Shown here piece after piece: positions 1-13,039 of a DNA stretch of 64,000 nucleotides (the stretch's first letter is position 1; each line of letters starts with the position of its first letter). The notes beneath the pieces are model-generated. The model made no database searches, was not told the origin of the DNA, and worked only from the letters and a program-made list of their open reading frames with translations. The stretch is from Octopus vulgaris. Its lineage: Eukaryota. Location of the stretch: positions 181,412,001-181,476,000 of the forward strand of contig OX597815.1 in NCBI GenBank assembly GCA_951406725.2, written 5' to 3'. The translations under genes and the position numbers were made by a program.

Positions 1-623
1 TAGTTTGGCAACGAGAACTTTTCTCTACTTGTTTCAATGATTAGACGGAGACCATGCCTTGAAGAATTTTTCGTCGAATGAATCAATCGCAGTATCTATT
101 TTTTAAAAAATCTTTTTTAAAAAACCTGATACTTATTCTATCGTTAAAGCGGAATCGTGGAATTTTTTAATGAAAAAGAAAAATATCTCTTTAAAAAATG
201 TGAATAAAATAAAAAAAAGTATCCAAAGAATATCCTGGTTCAATTATATGAACCTAATTTTAAAAGATGTAATAACTTACGCTGCTTTCGTGTAGTTCTA
301 AGTATTCAACTAATTTATGTTTCTGAGGATTAACGTTGGATTTAACGAAGATGATACGACGAAGGGATGTTTTTCGTTAAAGCAGAAGTAAATCTGATTA
401 GAGATTCAAATAACGTGAAAAGAAATAAAAAAGAACTTTTGTAGCTGCCATTGTTGGTGATGATTCTAAAGAACACGATCAAAAAGAGTAGGGGGATCGG
501 ACCTTGCATGAAGTCAATGGCGATAGAGGTCATGGTGATAATGATAAACTGGGATTTTGTCGGTTGCAACGGTGAGCATCCCGGCTAATCCGATCAAAAG
601 AACAGCCTGCTCGTAAAAATACA

Positions 624-854
624 TATTTCTTTACTATCCACAAGGGGCTAAACACAGAGGGAACGAACAAGGACAGACAAACGGATTAAGTCGATTACAT
701 CGACCCCAGTGCGTAACTGGTGCTTATTTAATTGACCCCGAAAGGATGAAAAGCAAAGTCCACCTCGGCGGAATTTGAACTCAGAACGTAACGGCAGATG
801 AAATACCGCTAAGCATTTCGCCCGGTGTGCTAACGTTTCTGCCAGCTCGCCGCC
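624..854 (-). mobile_element. tRNA-derived SINE, family A (GGCGGCGAGCTGGCAGAAACG... head), full length
   Basis: Near-identical to many copies in the window; B-box GAGTTCAAATTCC on the - strand; tail ...GTAGTAAAGAAATA. Confidence 0.9.
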
Positions 855-902
855 CTTATGACTGAAAGATATTAGAATTATCATTAATTATCCTTATCGT
901 GT

Positions 903-1160
903 TGGAGACGCATGGCTTAGTGGTTAGGGTGTTGGACTCATGAGCATAAAATTGCGGTTTCGATTCCTGGACCGGGCGACGAATTGTGTTGTTGAGCAAG
1001 ACACTTCATTTCTGGATGCGTCAGTCCACTCGTCTGGCAAAAAAGAAAATGATAATCCTGAGACAGACCGGCGTCCCGTCCAGATGAGGAATATTGCAGA
1101 ACATTTACCCAAGGGAAACCGGCCTTCATGGTCCTGGCATGGCTAAAGAAGGATGCATTC
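903..1160 (+). mobile_element. tRNA-derived SINE head related to family C
   Basis: A-box TGGCTTAGTGG, B-box GGTTTCGATTCC; head similar to 39650-40030. Confidence 0.7.
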
Positions 1161-1201
1161 ATTATTTTTTAATCTTTTATCCTTGTCATGCAGTAAAAGT
1201 G

Positions 1202-1317
1202 CATCATCATCATCATCATCACCATCATCATCATCACCATCATCATCGTCATCGTCATTATCATCATCGTCATTATCGTCATCATCATCATCATCATCGT
1301 CATCGTCATTATCGTCG

Positions 1318-1352
<35 letters not shown>

Positions 1353-2032
1353 GTCATCGTCATTATCGTCATCATCATCATCATCGTCATCGTGATTATC
1401 GTCATCATCATCATCATCATCGTCATCGTCATTATCGTCATCATCGTCATCGTCATTATCGTCGTCATCATCATCATGGTCATCGTCATTATCGTCATCA
1501 TCATCATCATCGTCATCGTCATTATCGTCGTCATCATCATTATCATCATCATCGTCATTATCGTCATCATCATCATCGTCATCGTCATTATCGTCATCAT
1601 CATCATCATCGTCATCGTCATTATCGTCGTTATCATTCATCATCATCATCATCTTCGTCATTATCGTCGTCATCATCATCGTCATCATCATCATTGCCAT
1701 CATCATCATCATTGCCGCCGTCCTTCTCATCATCATCATTGTCATCGTCATCATCATCATCATCATCGTCATCGTCATCATCATCATCATCATTGTCATC
1801 GTCATAATCGTCATCATCATCGTCATCGTCATCATCATCATCATCATTGTCAACGTCATCATCATCATCATCATCATCATCATTATCATCACCATTCTCG
1901 TTCTTGTCGTCATCGTCGTCATCATCATCAACGCGAACGGAATTCCCATCATCATCGTTGTTATCGTCGTCGTCGTCATCGCCGTGTCGACGTCTTCCAC
2001 CGCCGTCGTTCAGTGTCGTCGCCGTCGTCGTG
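1202..2032. repeat. Compound (CAT/CGT/TAT)n trinucleotide repeat
   Basis: Directly visible; explains the poly-His/Ser/Asp/Met/Ile ORFs. Confidence 0.95.
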
Positions 2033-2230
2033 GTCTTAAATAATCATGATCCTGATCATGTTGTCATCAATAATTTCAGTTTACGGAGGAAATTACTGAG
2101 AGAAAATCGAACAAGACCAGAAGTTTTGGAGATGGAGAGAAAAAGAAGAAAAAAAACGTGAGGCAGGTTCATGGTTTGGAGGCACGAGGTAATAGGGAAT
2201 GTAAATGAGCCACAAGGAGAACTGGAGTGG

Positions 2231-2253
2231 AAGAAAGAAAGAAAGAGAGAACA

Positions 2254-2290
<37 letters not shown>

Positions 2291-2766
2291 AGGAAAGAAA
2301 GAATGGAAGAAAGAAAGAAAGAACAAAAGAAAGAAAGAAGGGAAGAAAGAATGAATGAAAGAAGGGAAGAAAGAAAGAAAGAAAGAACAAAAGAAAGAAA
2401 GAAGGGAAGAAAGAAAGAAAGAAAAAACAAAAGAAAGAAGGGAAGAAATAAATAAATAAAGAAAGAAAGGAAGAAAGAAGGAAAAAGGAAAGAAAGAAAG
2501 AAGGAAAGAAAGAAGGAAGAGAGAAAGAAAGAAAGGAAGGAAGAAAGAAAGAAAGAAAGAAGGAAAGGAAGAAAGGAAGAAAGGAAGAAAGAAAGAAAGG
2601 AAGGAAGAAAGAATGAATGAAAGTACGGAAGAAAGAAAGAAAGAACAAAAGAAAGAAAGAAGGGATAAAAGAAAGAAAGAAAGAAAGAAAGAAAAAAGGA
2701 AAGAAAGAAAGAAAGAAAGAAAGAAAAAAAAGAAAGAAGGAAAGAAAGAAAGAGAGAGAGAGAGAT
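2231..2766. repeat. (GAAA/GGAA)n polypurine tract
   Basis: Directly visible. Confidence 0.95.
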
Positions 2767-3340
2767 GCAGAATTAAAAAAATAAAGATAAAAAGAACAAG
2801 TGAGAGAATGAAAAAAAAAAAAAATTCAGAAATTTCGTTGTTTTACTTTTTCTTTGTTTTACGAAATTTCTCTAAATAGCCGTGAAGTGAATATATTCCA
2901 AGAAGCAAACAAAAGCAACTTAGAAGCCATTTTCAAAGCGGTGACATGTCAGCTTGTATTGTAGTGAGAAAATGAAAGTTGAACAACCTAACTTAAAATG
3001 GATTTATACATTTGAGAATCAATGAAGCGAAACGAAAAAGAAAAAAAAACAATTCTGTTCCACTGACAGAAAAAAAACTGTGAATAAAGAGTTCTGACAA
3101 AGTGTAAATTCTTTCTTTCCATGTTGCCATTACCGGTACGTCCTTTTATTTTATTTTTGTTTTATTTCTTTCATAATATATATAAAGAAAATTCGCGATA
3201 ACTTTTGTTTCATTAAATGCAGTTTTATAACATTTATTTATCTATTTATTTATTTATTTATTTATTTATTTGTTATTCTTGTCTTCTTTTTGAAATATTG
3301 AATACGTAAAAATTTCTATTTTTATCAATGTAAAATATAT

Positions 3341-3572
3341 ATTTCTTTACTACCCACAAGGGGCTAAACATAGAGGGGACAAACAAGGACAGACAAAGGG
3401 ATTAAGTCGATTACATCGACCTCAGTGCGTAACTGGTACTTATTTAATCGACCCCGAAAGGATGAAAGGCAAAGTCGACCTCGGCGGAATTTGAACTCAG
3501 AACGTAGCGGCAGACGAAATACCGCTTAGCATTTCCCCCGGCGTGCTAACGTTTCTGCCAGTTCGCCGCCTT
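3341..3572 (-). mobile_element. SINE family A, full length, 12-bp TSD
   Basis: TSD TGTAAAATATAT at 3329-3340 and 3573-3584. Confidence 0.92.
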
Positions 3573-3616
3573 TGTAAAATATATGACTGTGTACACTGAA
3601 TGTATGCATATGTGTG

Positions 3617-3760
3617 TAACTTAGCGGTTCGGCAAAAGGGACCGATAGAATAAGTACTAGGCTTACAAGCAATAAGTCCTGGGGTCGATTTTCTCGATTA
3701 AAGGCGGTGCTCTAGCATGGCCACAGTCAAATGACTGAAACAAGTAAAAGTGTAAAAGAG
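3617..3760 (+). mobile_element. SINE family B, 3' half
   Basis: TAACTTAGCGGTTCGGCAAAA...GACTGAAACAAGTAAAAG shared with full copies at 27615, 28887 and 38461. Confidence 0.85.
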
Positions 3761-3761
3761 T

Positions 3762-3798
<37 letters not shown>

Positions 3799-3809
3799 CT
3801 ATATATCTA

Positions 3810-4222
3810 GGATAACGCATGTAAGACTCAAAAGAGATCTAAGGAAGAATGTTACGATCGAGAAGGTGAATGACATTGATATTTTTATGCGCACAGTCTG
3901 TGATAGACCATGCCCGTCTTTTGCTGGCCTCAAATCTCATCTACGAACACATGGAAAACGAACTTCTACCAACTATTCTGACTATATGTCTGTGCACACC
4001 TTTGAATGCAGTGTATGCCGGAAGCCTCAAAAAACGTTTTAAGATCCACAAAGATCAGAACTTATCTGCAGCTCTTTGTGGTCCTAATCGGATGTGTAAT
4101 CTGCGTGTTTGTCTTTTCAGAACATTGTCTGGTTTGAAAAGCTACATCAGACGCCATGATGGTGCTAAGGTGTAGATACTGGAGGTGGTCAAACTCTGCA
4201 GAAGAAGTAGACACCCACCATA
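3810..4222 (+). mobile_element. 3' end of a non-LTR element (RTE-like) with three decayed C2H2 zinc fingers
   Basis: TVCDRPCPSFAGLKSHLRTH, FECSVCRK..KIH, CNLRVCLFRTLSGLKSYIRRH; frameshifted; stop at 4173-4175 followed by short UTR and microsatellite. Confidence 0.55.
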
Positions 4223-4699
4223 TATCTATACTCGCATACATTCTCTCTCCCTCTCTCTCTCTCTCTCTCTCCTTATATATTATGAAAACACACACACACA
4301 TTTAGGAGCTAAAAGGGATTAGGCATTTCAATTGTAGTTTAATTCTATCCGATTTTCTGTTGACTATACCTGTTATTAGATCGGGAAAAGAAAGACAAAG
4401 AATTACCGTAAGAGTTGTTGACCGTCGCTTACTTCCGTGTAAGAAACTTGGAATGTATGAGAAAGCAGAAATTAGTTCAAATTCTTTTTAGGGTGGATGA
4501 CAAATGCTGCAAAGTTTCTGTGTAACACAGAGGATGTAGCACTTTTATACGTTCTGAAAATCCCGTGCCTTATTTAACATTACCCTAGAGATGGTGTTGT
4601 TCTTTTCTTACTCAATATCCAAATGTTTGAGAAGTGTTGTGGCGTTTGGAAGACGACGATAAGGAGATGGGAGATGGGTGCTCTTCAAGTTCTATTTAT

Positions 4700-4916
4700 T
4701 TTACTGATTGTACTGAAAAAGAAGTAATTTCTACTCTTCTCCTCTGGAAGCCATCTACTCGCAACACCAGAGGGCGCACACTCTCCTACCCTGATGTAAT
4801 CTCCAGGGATACAGGCATCCAGCAACAGGACCTCCGTAATGCTATGATGGACCGTGAAGTCTGGCGCAACATGGTAAATTCCATTGTCTCGACCACGGTC
4901 GAACAATGATGATGAC
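4700..4916 (+). mobile_element. 5'-truncated RTE-type LINE 3' end
   Basis: LLLWKP..RGR..SYPDVISRDTG...AMMDREVWR, then a (TGA)n tail. Confidence 0.75.
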
Positions 4917-5105
4917 TGATATGTTGCTGCTGGTGACACCAACACAGTAAAACAACCCTTTTCTTTCGGAATTTACTGTTAAAGAACAAAAAAAAAACTC
5001 TCCATATTTCGTTATTGCATGTCGGCTGCGTTCTCTCTTTTCGAAGCAACACTGGAAAATACTAAATACAATCATCTGTCTCACTCATCAATACAAACCA
5101 ACCAC

Positions 5106-5401
5106 CAGTGGCGGACTGGCCAGGTTGCCAGCTTGCCTGATGGCAAGTGGGCCCCTGTGCCACTAGAATCCATATATGGGGACCCATGTTAGTATCTAAG
5201 GGGCCTATCCCCTCAAGTTTGAGAATTTTTTTTTATTCACTCCTGGAAGAATGCATTAATTATTTCAGCCTGGCTGTGTTTGTAGACAGTTGAAAAGAAT
5301 ACTTTTAACAAAAAACAAAAAAATAAAAAAAATAAATGATAGCATTGTAGTTGCTGGTGAGTTGCTTGGCAACCAATATTTTTAGACCCAGCCCGCCACT
5401 G
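5106..5401. mobile_element. hAT-like MITE (TIR CAGTGGCGGACTGG)
   Basis: Terminal inverted repeats; degenerate 8-bp TSD CCAACCAC/CCTACTAC; same family as 41589-41869. Confidence 0.85.
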
Positions 5402-5502
5402 CCTACTACAGAAAGCGAAACCTAAAGTATCAAGGGCTACAACCCATCCGTAGAACTGAAGGCGCACAACAGAAGACAAGCTAAAGAAATCAAATCGACA
5501 TA

Positions 5503-5757
5503 TTGAGTTGGTGCATAATTATTGCGGCTTCTTTCCAACAAATTTTATTCAACAAAAACAATAACAATATGTAATAAAAACATCTTTAAATGATTATTCC
5601 AGAGCATATTCATCATTCACTTCAATAACTGCTTCCCGTTTGCTTGGCAGACCGTCAGACCGTCATTTAAATATGTTTTTCTTAAATAATGTTATTGTTT
5701 TTGTTGAATAAAATTTATTGAAAAAAAAAAACCCGCAATAATTATGCACCAACCGAA
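5503..5757. mobile_element. Mariner-type MITE
   Basis: TIR TTGAGTTGGTGCATAATTATTGCGG / CCGCAATAATTATGCACCAACCGAA with extended inverted arms; TA on both sides. Confidence 0.85.
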
Positions 5758-6035
5758 TAGAATTACGCGAAGAGCGACCAAAGTTACTGTATTTAGCAAA
5801 CAGAGAGAAACATCAGTGATAGACAAACAACATATCAAATCCACCTTAGAGTACACTCGTCTAACTTGAACCTCTCTAAGGAAAACCCACAAAACAACAA
5901 AGAACACACATAAAAGTATTCTATGCATTATAACATCTTGCATACAATTCTCCTGTACATACCTTCTTCCTGATGAAACAAAATTAATAAACATGGAGCA
6001 CCAACTGTACTTACGTGAAGTACCGTTTGTTGCCT

Positions 6036-6349
6036 TTTTCTTCTTCTTAATCCTTTTTTCCCCTTTTGGAGCATAGGGCCTCAACAGTTGTTTTCCACAT
6101 TTTGCGGTCATTGGCGTGTTTCTTGGCTGCTTCCCATGTCAGGCCGGTGGTCCTGAGCTCGTCCAAAATGCTCCGCTTCCATGTCTGCTTCGGGCGTCCT
6201 CGCTTCCTTTTCCTCTGCGGGTTCCAGTCAAGTGCTTGTCGTATCACATTTGAGGGTTCTTTCCACAGTGTGTGTCCGATCCATCTCCATTTCCTTCATC
6301 TAATCTCAACATGCATGGGCTCCTGGTTGGCCCTTTTCCACAGATCGGT
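6036..6349 (-). mobile_element. 5'-truncated RTE LINE 3' end
   Basis: RKWRWIGHTL...QALDWNPQRKRKRGRPKQTWKR; (GAA) tail; TSD GTTTGTTGCCT at 6025-6035 and 6350-6360. Confidence 0.9.
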
Positions 6350-7640
6350 GTTTGTTGCCTAGCATGCTTTAATCGAAGAGTCCTTTCATTAGCTGAATAA
6401 CTCAGCTCCAAAAGCCAAGTTTCATATACCACAAGCCGGAACATTATTGCAGCGATATAGTGGACTCGCTTCTCATACACTCAGCTTATGTAAGCATGAA
6501 AAAGCTCATAAGAATAGAGAAAGCTATAATGTCTATGTGTACGCTATCTCCTACATTGAAGCTAGAGTGCATAACGTCACCGATACGCACAGGAAAAAGG
6601 GATCTATCGCTGAAGCAGGATTTGTGTGTATAGAGGATACAGGAATAATCGGAACATTGCAACGAATGTATTATTTATTGACTGCTGCAGTGTATACCTG
6701 TACAGGATGTCGGAGTGTTTAGTGTGATTCTGGGCATGATAGAAACACAAAATAATTAGGAAAAAGCTTTGCATCAGATCCCATCTTTCGGCTGGCAACA
6801 CATGTGCATAGGGCAGCTCAACTTAAGCTGACCTGGGGCAATAAAACTACAAAAAAAAAACAATTAGGAAAGGAAACGCTTTACAGTAATAAATCACAGC
6901 CCAACGCTGGGGAAAAAAATGGATGCTGTCAAACATTCCTTGTTATTAAACAGAAAACACTTCCTAAACGGACATGAATCTCACTGGCGGTTTAACAAGA
7001 GAAAGAAAACCCCGCGTAATGTTATTACGTATGACAAACAAATATAAAGCGAAAAGAACCGACATGAAATTGCCGAAATATAGATTGCCAGTGGGGTAAT
7101 CGAGAGTTAACGAAGACACTACCCACATCTAAAGAAAGGGTAAAACGGGAAGGAGTCCGGCTGCCTCCATCTTAGAAAGAAGTCGGCCATTATTCTCCAC
7201 ACTAACCGAAATTTGAACTAAAAAGAGCGACCTAATTTCGATCTCTTTACTCTGTCTTTAAAATGTCTCTTTACTCATATTTTGTCTCCAAAATTTCAAA
7301 GGAGATATTATTGATGCGTGACAGACGACATACGACGCTGTAAGCAGACGTTCCTTTCCCAACTTGCTGACGATCGACCGAAGACCATTTGATCGAAATT
7401 ACGGACTAGAAATGGAATCTTTGTTATCTGGTTGTTTTTTTTTTGTCATGCAAATTAACTAGTATGAGATCCTATGCACTTCCAGAAATTGGGTACGTGA
7501 GATATTTTTACGATTTTGACTACAAAATAAGCAAAAAAAAAAACTATATACACACATGCGCGCGCGTGTGTATTCATTTATTGGTTTCATCCATTTGATT
7601 ACGGTCACATTGGGGCACCACCTTCAAAGATTTTAACCGA

Positions 7641-7676
<36 letters not shown>

Positions 7677-7783
7677 TTCGACTTGTGAGTTATGTTTTGA
7701 TATAAAGGAACACAAGGCGATGCACCGATTCTATGTTCCTAAAAATGAACACGCGCGCACACTCAATTATGCACACGCATATG

Positions 7784-7827
<44 letters not shown>

Positions 7828-8639
7828 TACATAACGCGATTGCAGTTGAAAAAAACTTAAGTGAGGTACTACTGCGCAGTGGGACCGAACCCAGAGAACA
7901 TTGTTTTGCGAAACACACTTCTCCACTATAAAGCTATCTACGCTTGTCAATACAAATAATTGTGTAAATACGAATGCGTACCGTATTAAACTGTAAATAC
8001 GTCTGCGTGTGTCTGCGTGACAATAAATGCATAGTTTCTCTGTATGTATGCGTCTTTCGAAATAGACATATAAGACACAGGAATTACTGTCCTTTCAAAT
8101 ATTTCGTGAGTGTTCATGACTCAGATCTATCAAAGACATATATCTTCTCAATGTATATACACACAAAGAAATTTCTTTGAACTGGATTCTTTTGATCATC
8201 CCAGCAAAGCACACACATATATTCTATACTAATCGTTATCCGAAGCTGGTTTCGGGCGGTATGTGATATCAATTATTCTAAATTGGTGTTTTTCGATGGT
8301 CAGTTATTAAATATTATTTCTTTTGTGAATATTATTTGCAAATTGATAAATATGTTACGGTTAATCCATTCAATTCAATAACTATTTTGGTCGGCTGTCT
8401 TATATATATATATATATATATATACAATAGATATTGTTTGTGAAAACATCATAAAGAATGATTGTTTAATTTTGATTTTTATTGTTTTCTGATCTTTCTT
8501 TTAATGAGAATTTTAATGATTAACGTGACATCAAACTTCAAAGAAATTGATAATTACAGACACACACAAGTATGTATGTTTGCATGCATATGTATATATA
8601 TATATATGTATTTATGCATGTTTGTATGTATATATCTAT

Positions 8640-8648
8640 ATGTTTGTC

Positions 8649-8729
<81 letters not shown>

Positions 8730-8775
8730 GTCTGTCTGTCTATCTATTTGTCTGTATGTCTGTCTGTCTATCTAT
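8640..8775. repeat. (TATC/TGTC)n
   Basis: Directly visible. Confidence 0.9.
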
Positions 8776-9481
8776 CAGTCGCTCTCCCCACCCCTACATG
8801 TATATACATGTATATGAAACGAAAATGAGCCAAGAGAACTATCCGAGAATGGTCACTCGCATGTATGCAAATAAGAAACAAGTAAAGGTGTGTGAAATGA
8901 CCTTCAAGACAAATTATTGATTTATTGCAATTAGCTCCGCTTACAGAACAGGTAGACAAATTATTAGGAAGCAACTGGTACCAATTCCATATGAAAGAAA
9001 GGAAAGATAATCTCCAGAATCATGAATCCTCCCAAATCGACATACCATTACGGGAAAGACTCACAGATTGCCTGAAGAGAAGAGGAATAAATATGTGCTT
9101 CATACCATGTATTGAACTACATCTCGGACTTAGGCCTCTACCAAATAGCACCACCTCGGCAGAAGCATTTTCAACTAAACCCTACTACGCGTCTGTCAAG
9201 GAACAATTAAACTAAACAAGAAATTGAGACTATAGTAGAAAAGCAAACCAAATAAGAGAGGATAACGAAAATGAGCGGAGATTGTAACGAGAGGGCAAAG
9301 CATATTTAACATAACTGGGAAACTATCCCGTCAGCTGCTGATCATGTGTGAACGTGATCTCGACACTTAAAAACAGTCCCTGTGATAGAATCAAACGGCA
9401 TAAGAAATAATTTTCTTTGGGAATATACACATTTTTATACTCAGTATACTAGTCACTCGTGAGTTTGTACGCATTTAAATA

Positions 9482-9753
9482 TCACCGTGACCCACCAGGC
9501 TATCAAATGTTGCTTCACATCGCTGGTCACAATGCGCTTCGCATTGTTTTAGCTTTCAAATGAAGAAAGAGTGAGAGAAAGTTGTGGCGAAAGAGTACAG
9601 CAGGCAGGTATCGCCACCACCCCCTGCTGGAGCCTCGTGCAGCTTTAGGAGTTTTCGCTCAATAAACAATCACAACGCTCGGTCTGGGAATCGAAACTGC
9701 GATGCTACAACCGCGGATCCGCTGCCTTAACCACTGGGCCATTGCACCTCCAC
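9482..9753 (-). mobile_element. SINE family C, internally deleted or chimeric
   Basis: Reverse complement GTGGAGGTGCAATGGCCCAGTGGTTAAGG...GTTTCGATTCCCAGACC. Confidence 0.8.
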
Positions 9754-9758
9754 ATGCA

Positions 9759-9864
<106 letters not shown>

Positions 9865-10052
9865 GCGGTGGTGCCCCAGCATGGCCGCGGCCTTTGGGCT
9901 AAAACATTTTTAAGGATTTAAGGATATATATAAATGAATGCATGTGTGCATGCAGATATATATATATATATACATACATGCACACACAGGATCAGTTTTA
10001 ATATTGAAGGGCAATAATCTTTATTTCATACACAATATGAATGTTCTTTTAG

Positions 10053-10301
10053 AATGTCGAATACCGCGGTATTTGTTCTGAGAACAAACATATATCGTTT
10101 GTAGACAAGAACCGTCTAACACAGGCTCTGGAAGAAGCGCAGTACGCTGAAATCACAGGACCTGAGAGTTCCGGAAGCCATACCACATTATTCTCGTCTG
10201 CTAAGGCTATAAGTGTGTTCTTTTCACTATGCATCTTTTTGACAAATTCTTTTGTGATGCATACCCAAACATTCGGCGTTCTAACAAGGCAGCCGCATTG
10301 A
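10053..10301 (+). CDS. Putative terminal coding exon of an unidentified host gene (82 aa, hydrophobic/GPI-signal-like C-terminus)
   Basis: Acceptor TGTTCTTTTAG; open frame NVEYRGICSENKHISFVDKNRLTQALEEAQYAEITGPESSGSHTTLFSSAKAISVFFSLCIFLTNSFVMHTQTFGVLTRQPH*; raised GC, non-repetitive; AATAAA at 10333. Confidence 0.5.
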   Translation, partial: NVEYRGICSENKHISFVDKNRLTQALEEAQYAEITGPESSGSHTTLFSSAKAISVFFSLCIFLTNSFVMHTQTFGVLTRQPH

Positions 10302-11070
10302 GTAGGGTATGAAAATAGAAAATAACATAAATAATAAAATGCCAAAGCAAAACAAAGACTATTCGATCATAAAAATGCCAATCAATAACACATATGTATC
10401 CACAATTGATATGTTCTTAATTAAGTTTACAGCGAATATGCATGAAGAAAATCTCACCCACACACTTTTGATTCAAAAATGTATTCTATGACCACAAGCA
10501 AAATAACACCAATCGTAGATATACACAAAAGCTTACAAAATCCAGAAGACCATACACTTGTGCGTGTACACAACACATACTATTACTTTAAATGTATGTT
10601 AGACATACAAGAAAACAAAATTCTAAAGAAATACAAAAGACCATGTGCGCACGCAGACATACACACACACGTATGTATAGACACGTACACACACACACAC
10701 ACGATCATACACGCAAACACAAACACACATACCTTTTCGAAGGAAGAGAAACACAATTTCAGAAAAAATAAACGCCTTTTACTCACAAAGTAAGACTTCA
10801 AAGCCGCTCAACAGTGGCTTTGAAAGTATCACCAATTAAGGATACAGCACTTCACAATAAAACTAATTAAACTAACTTCGTTCATAAGCAATTATTCTCT
10901 TATATGCGCACATATTCACACGCCAAAAAAATACATGCTTTCGTGACACACACTCTTACACTTACAATTGCAAAAAAAAAATGCAAAGACCACTTTCACA
11001 CAAAAATAACCTTAATTCACAAATAGAGATAGAAAGATAGTTAATTTATTATTGAAAATTAAAGTGTTTG

Positions 11071-11113
11071 TCTTGCGACTTGAATCTCGCGTAACAGCGA
11101 TCCTCAGGTGAGA
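11071..11113 (-). ncRNA. Decayed minimal hammerhead ribozyme motif
   Basis: TCTCAC CTGAGGA TCGC TGTTAC GC GAGA TTCAAGT C GCAAGA; GAAA mutated and stem I mismatched. Confidence 0.35.
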
Positions 11114-11288
11114 ACTATTACAATCGGTATTCACGACCTATTTATATCCTTTGCTGCGTGTATGTATGTGTTTGTTCCAGTGCTTTTATTTTAATTAATT
11201 GATATGTGTTTCGCGTTTATTAACTGGATGTTCTTTTCCTAACCTCTTCGTTGAATTTATAGGTTATTTTTGTGTGAAATGTGGTCTT

Positions 11289-11353
<65 letters not shown>

Positions 11354-11593
11354 CAGCCCTGCAAATCGTTACACCTTATTTACTAAACATTTAAAAACTA
11401 ACATATAAAGTATGTTGCTTGCCAACACACGTAGCTTCCACCATCTCTTCCAGTGATATAATATTGCCCTCAAATTCTTTTCTTTATGTATCGATGCTAA
11501 GTTCATGGAACCTAATAGTCGACTACCTATAGCATTTACCCAGAGTACCTATTCGTTTAGATCTGAAGTGAAGTAAACCCCTCCGATTCTGTA

Positions 11594-11633
<40 letters not shown>

Positions 11634-11694
11634 CATACATGTAAACATACATGTAAACATACATACATGAATACAATATAGGATATCATTTATT

Positions 11695-11891
11695 TTTCCC
11701 TTGCTTCAGTCATTGAACTGTGGCCATGCTAGGGCACCGCCTTGAAAAGTTTAGGGGAACAAATCGAACCAGTGTTATCTACTTTTAAGGTCTGGTATTC
11801 TTTCAGTAAGTCTGTTTTGCTGAACGTTTAATGTTACGGGAACATAAACAAACCAACACCTATTGACAAGAGGTGGGGAGACAAACACAAT

Positions 11892-11939
<48 letters not shown>

Positions 11940-12128
11940 CATACATACATATACACACATATACACATAAATGTGACTGACTTACACGCATTTTCCGTGT
12001 ACCAAATTTACTCACAAGACATCAGTCTGCCCAGGGCTAAAATAGTAGACACTTGGCCGAGGTGCTGTGAAGTGTAACTGAAATTAAAACCATGTGGTTG
12101 TAAAGCGAGTTTTATAAGCGCACAGTCA
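11695..12128 (-). mobile_element. SINE family B, diverged
   Basis: Similar to 27615-28028 over the whole length, including the internal CA/TA tract. Confidence 0.8.
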
Positions 12129-13039
12129 TTACATATCCATGTGTGTGTGTGTGTGTGTAGTTTCAGTCTATAAATTCGACGAAGCTTCTGCTCAAACGAA
12201 ATACAGAGTCGAAGCCACTTAATTAAAATGCAGAACTGCACAATCGGCCCCGCCCCCACCTGATCTATTTAACTAATTTCTATACGAGCTACTTTCAGAT
12301 ACAAAATCTCAAAAATCTTTTAGAAATGTTTTCCTATTTGCAGAGAAGATACTCACAGAAGATATGTAAACACGCTTACATCTTCTTGAATGATATTATT
12401 TCAAAACCATACAGAGATTTCTAACAGATACACACAGACACATTTTGATAGAAGAGTAATATGTAGCCGTACAATATAACGTCCAAGACAAATAGAAATT
12501 TCATGTTGAAAAATCGTTTTCATTCATCACTCTAAATAATCAAAAACTATTTCCAATAACTCATACAAAAGCGGACTACTTCATCTGACAAAAAGTGATT
12601 TCGCTAGTAAATTAGTCTTAGGTATGATAATCAGAAAATACGTTTGACATATTTCAGCCACTGTGCTGCAAGAGAATGAGATTTGTTCAATACACAGCAA
12701 AACAAAAATAAATGCAAATTTTTTTGACATCATTGATTATACCACTCAATAATCCGGCACCTGATACTGAAAGTTATCCGATAATGCTCAGAATTTCTGG
12801 ACAACACGCACAATTATGCAGGCCAACAAATCTCCTATTTTGAGTGAGAGATCATCCCGGCTTAAAAAGGAGAGGACAAATAATGTTGATGTAATTAAGG
12901 ATAGCTGCAAAGCCATCGATAAATAGCGTCAATGGCATATTTCTCCATAGCATTTTAGAAAGTAACAAATTAGGAATATTTTGTATCCTAATATTTGATA
13001 TAGAATATAACGAAGCAGTGAGGAAAAAGAAAGTATATA

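Noticed and set aside
320-360. CTGAGGA core-like word (also 5970, 7367, 9072, 21243, 53724, 57680)
   Set aside because: No correctly placed GAAA, stem III and stem I partner; expected by chance or truncated
2080-2157. Possible 78-nt phase-0 exon (TTTCAG|...AAC|GTGAGG; FTEEITERKSNKTRSFGDGEKKKKKN)
   Set aside because: Splice signals are plausible but the sequence is short, low-complexity and wedged between microsatellites; cannot be supported without RNA data
1094-2161. His-, Asp-, Met- and Ser-rich ORFs
   Set aside because: Open in several frames on both strands because they are triplet microsatellite; no splice or codon evidence
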